Under the pieces are notes generated by a model that was not told where the DNA came from, ran no database searches, and saw nothing but the letters and a program-made list of their open reading frames with translations. Both the position numbers and the translations under genes were made by a program. Shown here piece by piece: positions 21,125-29,614 of a DNA stretch of 64,000 nt. The stretch lies in NCBI GenBank assembly GCA_017503575.1, contig JAFVSV010000067.1:355-64354 (forward strand), read 5' to 3'. Within the stretch, counting starts at the first letter, position 1; each line of letters opens with the position of its first letter. This DNA is from Alistipes sp. (GTDB taxonomy: Bacteria > Bacteroidota > Bacteroidia > Bacteroidales > Rikenellaceae).

Positions 21125-21714
21125 TGAGGCAGTTTCTTTCAATGTCGGTCTTTGCCGGTCTTCTGATCGGCATCGCCGGCCTTGTATATCTGCGTGTTGG
21201 AGGCCTTGCGGGTGCCGTGCTCTTCGCCTTCGGGCTATTGTGCGTAGTTATGTGTGGCGCACAGCTATATACGGGCAAGGCGGGCTACCTGCCATACAAG
21301 GCATCGTGGCGTCTTGTGCCCATGCTTTTGGGCAATGCTGTGGGCTGCCTTGCTGCGGCGGGCATCGCCTCATACTGCGCTACGGATGCTCTGCACCTAC
21401 ACCTCGACACCATCCTTGCAGCACGCCTCGCAGCATCGTGGGACGCACTCGTTGTCACCTCCATAGGCACAGGCCTTATCATGACGCTTGCCGTATATGG
21501 AGCGCGCAAGGGTAACTACCTACCGCTGTTGTTTGGTGTTCCGGTCTTCATCATGTGTGGGCTGCCACACTGCGTTGCCGACGCCTTCTATTACGGTGCG
21601 GCACTTCTATTTGGCAAGTTCGAGGCGGCGATGCTTGGTGCATGGCTCTGGGCTATTGTAGGCAACTATATTGGGTGCAACCTCCCTCGCTGGTTTATGG
21701 GCAAGGAGTTTTAG
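21124..21714 (+). CDS. Formate/nitrite transporter (FNT) family protein, short form
   Basis: AQLYTG, LLGNAVG, FIMCGLPHCVAD and GNYIG. TAATG overlap with the leuS stop. Confidence 0.8.
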   Translation: MRQFLSMSVFAGLLIGIAGLVYLRVGGLAGAVLFAFGLLCVVMCGAQLYTGKAGYLPYKASWRLVPMLLGNAVGCLAAAGIASYCATDALHLHLDTILAARLAASWDALVVTSIGTGLIMTLAVYGARKGNYLPLLFGVPVFIMCGLPHCVADAFYYGAALLFGKFEAAMLGAWLWAIVGNYIGCNLPRWFMGKEF

Positions 21715-21737
21715 ACATTATATATTACTTGGTCTAT

Positions 21738-22460
21738 ATGAAGAGAGTACTTATTGTAATTGCGCTATTATTAGGCTTAACATCTTGTTACAGCCATAGA
21801 CAGTTTGTAACATACAGTTCAGACAATGTTGTACTAAGTGATAATTCATTCGCTTATCAAGATGAGATTGTTTCGGTAGAGTATATACTTAATAGAGAAG
21901 ATGGAACCTTTATCTTCGCGGTCTTAAACCACTCTAACAAAGATATCTATGTTGATATGACCAAGTCTGTCTTTATATGCAACAATCATGTTTATGATTA
22001 TGGAGGCAGATACTCGAATAATATCGAATTAGACACACTATTATACACCCGCGGAGGAATAACAATATCAGATGTACAAGTCCAAATCGCCACTAATGGA
22101 GGACTTGATAAGGTATTAATTCCGAGTGGAAGCTACCGATGTTTCGAGGGTTTCAAAATTAATAATGGAGAAATTATCGTAGATGGTCTAAATCGTAGCC
22201 CCAAAACCTCAAAGGGCGAAACGGCAGTGGTCACATTCGATTATGAAACTTCACCACAACATCTTCAAAATAGAATAACTATTATCGTTGAAGATGAGGA
22301 GCATACAATAGATAATCGACTATACATCAGCTCCATTGAGAATGTTCGTATCAATGTTGGCGACAAGTATAGGTATAACCTATGCAACAACGAGACAATG
22401 TCAAAGTACATTTACTCTGACCCATATACAGAATGTAACCCTAATATTGATAGATATTAG
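21738..22460 (+). CDS. Hypothetical lipoprotein, AT-rich
   Basis: MKRVLIVIALLLGLTSC lipobox; start corrected from the ORF track. Confidence 0.75.
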   Translation: MKRVLIVIALLLGLTSCYSHRQFVTYSSDNVVLSDNSFAYQDEIVSVEYILNREDGTFIFAVLNHSNKDIYVDMTKSVFICNNHVYDYGGRYSNNIELDTLLYTRGGITISDVQVQIATNGGLDKVLIPSGSYRCFEGFKINNGEIIVDGLNRSPKTSKGETAVVTFDYETSPQHLQNRITIIVEDEEHTIDNRLYISSIENVRINVGDKYRYNLCNNETMSKYIYSDPYTECNPNIDRY

Positions 22461-22508
22461 AACCATTTGTTCCTCAAAATTTAGATAAGACTAATAAGAC
22501 GAACATAT

Positions 22509-22582
22509 TGGGGATGACTAAAAAGTAAAATAGCCACCCCCATTTTGTTGTTAGAAGGTTGAATATAGATATTTTCAACCTC
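22509..22582. repeat. Compound palindromic repeat, short copy; probable bidirectional terminator
   Basis: TGGGGATGACTAAAAAGTA hairpin plus AGGTTGAA...TTCAACCT; related to 32286-32447. Confidence 0.6.
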
Positions 22583-22594
22583 CTTGTCATTTTG

Positions 22595-23860
22595 TTACAT
22601 GGTCATCTGCTTGAGCAGCTTTGCTGCCTGCGGAACACTCGACTTCACCTTGTTAAGGAGCGCTACACCCTCCTTGAGATTGCCCGTATGGATGGCATAT
22701 AGGGCGCGTGCATAGTCCGCCAAGGGTGACGTACCAGCACTCTGCAGGTAGCTCTTGGCTGCCACCAAGTCACCACGCTGCATGGCGGCATTAGCAGCAT
22801 TGATACTCTTCGAGGCGGCATCGAGCATCTGGTCACACACCTTATAATCGACCCTATATGTCGCACGGCGCAGTGGAGGATAGCACTCCGCAAGCATCAC
22901 CTCGAAGTCCTGCGGATAGCGACTGCTGATGGCATGCTCCTTCTCGTCGGGGGTCATCGTGCCCTTGATAATCTCGACGATGGCCGCCTTGTTCTTCAGG
23001 GTCGAGCCATTGAGCCACTCTATAACGCCCGTCCAATCCTCCGATACGCTATTTAAGGTAAAGAGGCTCAAGGGAATATTACCGAGTTTCATGATATAGC
23101 TACGCAGAGCCTCGGCACGCTGTTGTGCCAACTCAGCATTTGCCTCATACTCACCATCGGGCGAGGCGTAGCCAACGATATGTATCGCGCTCAACTGCTT
23201 CGAGCTATCGCAGAACGAGGCGAAGAACTTATCAATTACTGCCAGCTCCGCGGCATTATCCGAGAACTTGGGGTCGATGTTGGCATCCATCAACGGGAAG
23301 TCTACAAAGGCATTAGCCACTTGCATCTCGGCCTTTGCCGTGGGCTTCACATCGACATACTCGGGCGTAAAGACCCACTCGCTATACTTCGCAACGACAA
23401 CCTCACCCAACGCCTCGACACGGTTACGACAGCCATACAACAGCTCGTTGACGTGTAGCGTTGCACCATTCATCCACTGCTGATAAGGTATTGCCGCATA
23501 GTAGCTTACAACGGCAGGCAGGTCTCGACGACGCAAGCGCCACTCGTCGGGAATATCCTCAACCTGGAGCTTCTGACGCCTATCCACATAGTAGTGTTCG
23601 CGACCAAAGACTCCTACCGATGGTAGCTCAATGCTATGTGTCGCGTGCGAGAGTACAGGGGTGTAGATGCGTGCACGACGCCCCTTGATATGGCTTGCTT
23701 GCAGCTCCATACGCATCTCAACGTAGAGCATCTCGCCATCGTGCTCGATTGCCACATCGCTAATACGCATACCCTCGAGCATGTGTACGGCCGAGGAGCG
23801 CTGCGCCCACGTTGCAGACGAGATCGTGAGCAACGCGAAAAGTAGTAATATACGTTTCAT
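22595..23860 (-). CDS. DUF3868/OmpA-like domain protein
   Basis: IVGYASPDGEYEANAELAQQRAEAL, EDWTG, YPPLRR and a TPR-like end (NAANAAMQRGD). Confidence 0.8.
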   Translation of the reverse strand: MKRILLLFALLTISSATWAQRSSAVHMLEGMRISDVAIEHDGEMLYVEMRMELQASHIKGRRARIYTPVLSHATHSIELPSVGVFGREHYYVDRRQKLQVEDIPDEWRLRRRDLPAVVSYYAAIPYQQWMNGATLHVNELLYGCRNRVEALGEVVVAKYSEWVFTPEYVDVKPTAKAEMQVANAFVDFPLMDANIDPKFSDNAAELAVIDKFFASFCDSSKQLSAIHIVGYASPDGEYEANAELAQQRAEALRSYIMKLGNIPLSLFTLNSVSEDWTGVIEWLNGSTLKNKAAIVEIIKGTMTPDEKEHAISSRYPQDFEVMLAECYPPLRRATYRVDYKVCDQMLDAASKSINAANAAMQRGDLVAAKSYLQSAGTSPLADYARALYAIHTGNLKEGVALLNKVKSSVPQAAKLLKQMTM

Positions 23861-23870
23861 AATCAATGGT

Positions 23871-24458
23871 TTAGAATATATATGATAGACCTATATTTAG
23901 CTTCGTGATACCCACATAGTGGTGGTTGTCGTGGCGACTGAGCAGCTCGTCGGTTTTCCAGCGATACTTGTCGTATTCCATGTAGGCATATCCCACGCCA
24001 AGCTCGAACTCGAGGTTGAAGTGGCGACCGAGCACCACAGCATAACCATAGCCAACACCTGCACCGAGCAGCCAGCCATCGAAGCGGTTGTCGGTGAGTG
24101 CCTCGAAGTTAGTACCCAAGAACTTGATACCATTCTTAATGTTACCCATGTTATACCTACCATAGTGGGCGTGCATGGCGATAAAGTGCCCCGCAAAGCG
24201 GTTGCAGAACCAGTAGCGTGCCTCGGGCTGCGTTAGGAAGTGCTTCCACTCGCGGCCGTTGTACATCTTCCAGTCGTTGAAGCTCGACGACATATCGAGA
24301 GTCCAGCGTGGCGCTAAGGCAATCTCGGTACCGAGGTTGACGGTACCCGTAGCATCGTAGAGGAGGTTTGTCTTGATGGCAACATGTTGCGCATCGGCAC
24401 GTTGTGCACCCACTACCAGGAGCATGACAACGGCACATAATCGTAATAATCTCTTCAT
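23871..24458 (-). CDS. DUF3575 outer-membrane beta-barrel protein
   Basis: AIKTNLLYDATGTVNLGTE, QPEARYW and a terminal YIF. Confidence 0.88.
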   Translation of the reverse strand: MKRLLRLCAVVMLLVVGAQRADAQHVAIKTNLLYDATGTVNLGTEIALAPRWTLDMSSSFNDWKMYNGREWKHFLTQPEARYWFCNRFAGHFIAMHAHYGRYNMGNIKNGIKFLGTNFEALTDNRFDGWLLGAGVGYGYAVVLGRHFNLEFELGVGYAYMEYDKYRWKTDELLSRHDNHHYVGITKLNIGLSYIF

Positions 24459-24581
24459 AATTGCAAATGTTTTACATTACTCCCACCCACGGGGTAGGAT
24501 ATACGAACCATTCTCAACTACCGTACCACAAAGAGAGAAGGGCTACTTGTAGCTCCTATTGCCAATTAACATTAAAATGAC

Positions 24582-24589
24582 TATCTTTG
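24582..24589 (+). promoter_or_regulatory. -7 promoter element
   Basis: TAtcTTTG before the GH20 ATG at 24607. Confidence 0.55.
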
Positions 24590-24606
24590 TGCAAAATTCA
24601 ACGCAC

Positions 24607-26697
24607 ATGAGAGGATTTCAACTATTTGTAATATTTCAGCTTATCGCCACGCTAACGACAGGCGAGCTTATGGCACAGATAAACCAAGTGACGCCCGTTC
24701 CAGTTAGCACAACGCAGGAGAATAGCGATGGTGGTATCACAACCTTCGATGCCACACAGCAGTTTAAGCTATACATTGACGACGCCATTATCGACGAATA
24801 TGGGGAGGCTAACGGCGAACGACTTCGCAATGCCGCCTACGCTACTGGCCTAAACATCAAGGAGACGAAGCGTCCCGCCAAGCGTGGATATCTCAACCTC
24901 GTATGGCGTGGTGAAATGTATCTCCCCGAGGAGTATCTGCTCACCTGTGATGAAGATGGCATCACCATCGGTGCTTGCACGCCCGAGGGGCTCTTCTACG
25001 GCTTGCAGACCCTACGCCAGTTAGTCGAGAACAACCCCGATGGCGAGTGGCTGACATGCGAGATTTATGACGCCCCACGCTTCGCTTACCGAAGCCTTCT
25101 TATCGATGTGTCGCGCCACTTCCGCTCCATAGACTTCCTTAAGCGTCAGATAGATATGATGGCGCGCCTGAAGTTTAACCATCTACATCTACACCTCACC
25201 GATGCTGCGGGCTGGCGTATGGAGATAGAGAGCTACCCACGCCTTACGAGCTATGCAGCATGGCGCACACCAGCCACATGGAAGGAGTGGTGGTATGGCG
25301 AGCGTAAGCATGTCGACGAGGGCACCGAGGGTGCCTATGGTGGCTACTACACCAAGGAGGAGCTTCGCGACTTGGTTGCCTACGCCGAGGCTCGCTACAT
25401 AACAATCATCCCCGAGATAGAGATGCCCGGCCACTCCGACGAGGTGTTAGCTGCATACCCCGAGCTACGATGCACGCACCTTCCCGAGCGTCAGGGTGAG
25501 CTATGTATCGGCAAGGAGGCGACCTTCGAGATGATGGAGCGTATCCTTGATGAGGTTATGGAGGTCTTCCCCTCGGAGTATATCCACATTGGTGGTGACG
25601 AGGCGAGCAAGGAGAACTGGAAGCTATGCGAGGATTGTCAGCGCCGCATGCAGGAGGAGGGTCTCAACAGCGTCGAGGAGTTGCAGAGCTATATGATTGA
25701 GCGCATGGAGCGCTACCTAAATGCACACGGACGCCAGATTATCGGCTGGGATGAGATACTTCAGGGTGGTCTTGCGCCAAACGCTACGGTGATGTCATGG
25801 CGTGGCGAGGAGGGCGGCATCGCTGCTGCCGAGGCTGGCCACGACGCCATAATGTCGCCCCACGGCTACTGCTATATCGACGCGCCACAGGACGCGCCAC
25901 CTACACAGCCCGAGGCTATTGGTGGATACCTGCCATTGGAGAAGGTATACTCCTACGACCCTGCACCCGCGACGATGGACCCTGCCGTAGCACGCCACAT
26001 CAAGGGTGTGCAGGCTAACCTATGGGCAGAGTTTATACCTACCGACGAACACTACGAGATGATGCTGTGGCCACGCGCCATCGCCATTGCCGAGGTAGGT
26101 TGGAGCCAGCCCACGCAGAAGGAGTTTGGCATCTTCCGTGCTCGCGCCTTGGATATCGTCGAGCGCATGCAGGAGGAGGGCTACCACCCCTTCGACCTTA
26201 AAAATGAGATTGGCGACCGTCCAGAGTCTCGCGAGCCTATCGAGCACCTTGCATTGGGCAAGACAGTGACATACAACCACCCCTCGTTCTACTATGGCCC
26301 ACAGTATGCCGCAGCGGGCGACATAGCACTCGTTGATGGCCTGCGTGGCACATGGACCTACGCCGATGGCCGCTGGCAGGGCTTCTTGGGTCGTGGTGGC
26401 GTGGATGTCACCATCGACATGGGCGAGCCTACGACAATTCACTCCATATCTGCCGACTTCATGCAGTACTGCGGCCCTGGTGTCTTCATGCCCTGCAAGG
26501 TGGAGATATGGGGCTCGTTGGATGGCGAGAACTTCGAGCCACTGACAGTTATCGACCACGAGGTGACGTATGAGGATTTACCCTCGTTTATGAGCTTCGG
26601 CTGGGAGGGCGAGAGTGTTGTGCGATATGTACGCTACAAGGCACACCGCAGTCGCTTCTCGGGCTTCTTATTTACCGACGAGATCGTAATCAAATAG
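24607..26697 (+). CDS. Beta-N-acetylhexosaminidase (GH20) with C-terminal F5/8-like domain
   Basis: DAPRFAYR, DVSRHF, PEIEMPGH, HIGGDEA and QANLWAE. Confidence 0.93.
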   Translation: MRGFQLFVIFQLIATLTTGELMAQINQVTPVPVSTTQENSDGGITTFDATQQFKLYIDDAIIDEYGEANGERLRNAAYATGLNIKETKRPAKRGYLNLVWRGEMYLPEEYLLTCDEDGITIGACTPEGLFYGLQTLRQLVENNPDGEWLTCEIYDAPRFAYRSLLIDVSRHFRSIDFLKRQIDMMARLKFNHLHLHLTDAAGWRMEIESYPRLTSYAAWRTPATWKEWWYGERKHVDEGTEGAYGGYYTKEELRDLVAYAEARYITIIPEIEMPGHSDEVLAAYPELRCTHLPERQGELCIGKEATFEMMERILDEVMEVFPSEYIHIGGDEASKENWKLCEDCQRRMQEEGLNSVEELQSYMIERMERYLNAHGRQIIGWDEILQGGLAPNATVMSWRGEEGGIAAAEAGHDAIMSPHGYCYIDAPQDAPPTQPEAIGGYLPLEKVYSYDPAPATMDPAVARHIKGVQANLWAEFIPTDEHYEMMLWPRAIAIAEVGWSQPTQKEFGIFRARALDIVERMQEEGYHPFDLKNEIGDRPESREPIEHLALGKTVTYNHPSFYYGPQYAAAGDIALVDGLRGTWTYADGRWQGFLGRGGVDVTIDMGEPTTIHSISADFMQYCGPGVFMPCKVEIWGSLDGENFEPLTVIDHEVTYEDLPSFMSFGWEGESVVRYVRYKAHRSRFSGFLFTDEIVIK

Positions 26698-26809
26698 AAG
26701 AACTCACAGTGAGCCTCTTTAGGGGGGGGGATTCATGGTATAAATGTGAGCTTTTATTTTAATAAAATAAAAAATAGCCCAAAGGTTTGGCTACACAATA
26801 GAACATTGC

Positions 26810-26817
26810 TATCTTTG
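26810..26817 (+). promoter_or_regulatory. -7 promoter element with -33 TTTG at 26786-26789
   Basis: TTTG-N20-TAtcTTTG. Confidence 0.7.
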
Positions 26818-26900
26818 CATCGCGGATAGCAATGTTCTTTTTTAGCAAAACAGAAACACTTTATTTATTAAACACTATTATTTCACTTAAACATCAACGT

Positions 26901-29600
26901 ATGAAGAGACTTTTACTTCTGATGATTGGTTTGGCTATCGGCTTCACGGTCGAGGCGCAGACTGTCGTTACGGGTACTGTCATCGATGAGGCTGACCAGC
27001 CACTTATCGGTGCTACAGTCTTTGTTCCCGAGACGTCGCAGGGTACGAGCACCGACGTTAATGGCGACTTTAAGTTCGAGGTTCGCCAGGGTACTGACAA
27101 GGTGCAGATTAGCTACCTCAACTACAAGACTATGAGCTTTGACATCGACACTGCCAATGCTCGTATCAACCTCGGCACCATCAAGATGGAGCCTGAGGCT
27201 ATCGCCATGGAGAACGTGGTTATCACACAGTCGGTCGCTGTACAGCGTAAGACCCCTGTGGCAGTATCAACCGTCGTTGCCAGCGAGATCGAGTTCAAGC
27301 TCGGTGGTCAGGAGTTCCCCGAGATTTTGAAGTCAACACCTGGTGTATATGTCACCAAGGATGGTGGTGGCTACGGCGACTCGAAGATTAACATGCGAGG
27401 CTTTAAGTCTGCTAACGTAGCAGTTATGATCAACGGTGTTCCAGTCAACGATATGGAGTGGGGCGGTGTATACTGGTCTAACTGGGCAGGTCTTTCGGAT
27501 GTGACACGCTCGATGCAGACACAGCGTGGTATGGGTGCCTCGAAGATATCATCACCTTCGGTGGGTGGTACCATCAACATCGTGACAAACACTATCGACG
27601 CAAAGCGTGGCGGTAGCGTATCGTACGGTATCGGCAACGACGGTGCTAACACCATGTCTGTAAGCCTCTCAACAGGTCTTATGGATAACGGTTGGGCAGC
27701 AAGCGTGCTTTTCGCAAAGCGCTGGGGTGATGGTTACATCCAGGGTACTGGCTACACAGGCTACAACTGGTTTGTAAACGTATCGAAGCGCATCAACTCA
27801 CAGCATCAGCTCTCACTTACAGCCTTTGGTGCTCCACAGAAGCACAACCAGCGTAAGCCTCTCTATGCAGGTCTCTCAATTGAGGAGTGGGACAAGGTAG
27901 CAAAGTGGACAGGCGAGGATAACAAGTATCGCTATAACGCTGTTTACGGTTTCGACAACAACGGCAAGGAGCGCTCATCAATGGTTAACCAGTATCACAA
28001 GCCTCAGATTTCGCTCAACCACCAGTGGCAGATCGACCACAAGTCATCACTCTCAACCGCACTCTATGTATCTATCGGTCGTGGTTCGGGCTACTCGGGT
28101 CAGGGTCGTACATCTGCTGACCGCGCTATGTGGAACGGCTCGTCTAACGGTAAGCTCCTCTACAACTTCCGTAAGTCGGATGGTACCTTCGACTATGGCG
28201 CTATTCAGGATATGAACGCTGCAAGCCTCGATGGTTCGCGCATGGTGATGTCGAGATCGGTTAACGACCACATGTGGTATGGTCTCTTGTCGACATACTC
28301 GAATGAGATTGCCCCAGGCTTGGAGCTCTCGGCAGGTGTTGACGTTCGCTACTATGTTGGTAAGCACACCAACGAGATTGTCGACCTCTATGATGGTGCA
28401 TACTTCATCGACGATGCTGACCGTAAGAATGTTAAGGCGGAGAACAATGCTGCAGCTGCTGATCCTAACTGGAAGTACGAGAAGCTCAGCGTAGGCGATG
28501 TTGTATACCGCGACTACGACGGTCACGTTCACCAGGAGGGCGTCTTCGCACAGTTGGAGTGGACAAAGAATAAGGTTAACGCCTTCGTATCGGGTTCGGT
28601 ATCGAACACTGGCTACTGGCGTGTTGACCGCTTCTACTACGACGAGGCACACCAGCGCTCGGAGACCATGAATTTCGTGGGCTTCACCGCAAAGGCTGGT
28701 GTCAACTATAACGTTACCAACTCGTCGAACCTCTTCCTCAACGTAGGTTACATCTCGCGTGCTCCATTCTTCTCGGGTGGTGCCTTCTTGCAGTCTACAA
28801 CATCACACATGACCAACCCCGACGCTGTTAACGAGAAGGTATTCTCGGTGGAGGGTGGCTACGGTCTACGCACCGAGCGCTTCGCATTGAACCTCAACGC
28901 TTACTACACATTGTGGATGGATAAGTCGGATGTTCGTTCGAAGCTCATGTCTAATGGCGACTATGCGCGTGTTAACCTCACAGGTATCGACGCACGTCAC
29001 ACTGGTGTCGAGCTCGACCTTCGCTACAAGCCTGCACGCTGGGTAAACCTTACAGGTATGCTCTCATGGGGTGACTGGGTGTGGTCAAGCAACGCTCGTG
29101 GTTACTACTACGACTCACAGGGTCAGCCTATGACCGCAAAGATGGATGGTACCGTTGCATCGGGCATCATGGCCGAGGACCACGCTTGGATTGAGCTCGA
29201 GCAGAAGGGTGTTCACGTTGCTGGCTCGGCACAGACTACTGCTGCCGTAGGTGCTGACTTCTTCCCATTCAAGGGCTTGCGTCTTAGCGCTAACTTCAAC
29301 CTCTACGCTCGTAACTACGCCGACTTCTACCTCGGCTCGACAGCTGTGGCTAACACCACAACTACCGTTAACGACCCATGGAAGATTCCCGTAGGCCACC
29401 AGGTAGACCTCTCGGCAAGCTACTCATTCAACATCGGCAAGGTTAACGCTACCATCTACGGTAACGTAAATAACCTCTACGACTATAACTATGTGATGGA
29501 CGCACAGTGTGCCACCGACACCAAGGGCTGGCAGGACTGCTACGCCGTAATGTATTCGTTCGGCCGTACATATACCGTACGCCTCAAAATTAGCTTCTAA
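26901..29600 (+). CDS. TonB-dependent receptor (non-SusC type)
   Basis: Signal peptide, CarboxypepD-like N-domain, plug (STPGVY, MRGF, INGVPVND, GGTINI) and terminal GRTYTVRLKISF. Confidence 0.93.
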   Translation: MKRLLLLMIGLAIGFTVEAQTVVTGTVIDEADQPLIGATVFVPETSQGTSTDVNGDFKFEVRQGTDKVQISYLNYKTMSFDIDTANARINLGTIKMEPEAIAMENVVITQSVAVQRKTPVAVSTVVASEIEFKLGGQEFPEILKSTPGVYVTKDGGGYGDSKINMRGFKSANVAVMINGVPVNDMEWGGVYWSNWAGLSDVTRSMQTQRGMGASKISSPSVGGTINIVTNTIDAKRGGSVSYGIGNDGANTMSVSLSTGLMDNGWAASVLFAKRWGDGYIQGTGYTGYNWFVNVSKRINSQHQLSLTAFGAPQKHNQRKPLYAGLSIEEWDKVAKWTGEDNKYRYNAVYGFDNNGKERSSMVNQYHKPQISLNHQWQIDHKSSLSTALYVSIGRGSGYSGQGRTSADRAMWNGSSNGKLLYNFRKSDGTFDYGAIQDMNAASLDGSRMVMSRSVNDHMWYGLLSTYSNEIAPGLELSAGVDVRYYVGKHTNEIVDLYDGAYFIDDADRKNVKAENNAAAADPNWKYEKLSVGDVVYRDYDGHVHQEGVFAQLEWTKNKVNAFVSGSVSNTGYWRVDRFYYDEAHQRSETMNFVGFTAKAGVNYNVTNSSNLFLNVGYISRAPFFSGGAFLQSTTSHMTNPDAVNEKVFSVEGGYGLRTERFALNLNAYYTLWMDKSDVRSKLMSNGDYARVNLTGIDARHTGVELDLRYKPARWVNLTGMLSWGDWVWSSNARGYYYDSQGQPMTAKMDGTVASGIMAEDHAWIELEQKGVHVAGSAQTTAAVGADFFPFKGLRLSANFNLYARNYADFYLGSTAVANTTTTVNDPWKIPVGHQVDLSASYSFNIGKVNATIYGNVNNLYDYNYVMDAQCATDTKGWQDCYAVMYSFGRTYTVRLKISF

Positions 29601-29614
29601 GAATAGCAACGACT

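Noticed and set aside
26722-26730. G9 tract as a phase-variation switch for the TBDR
   Set aside because: It lies outside the promoter spacer and forms one arm of a hairpin after the GH20 gene. The G-runs at 32634 and 38795 are likewise non-coding.
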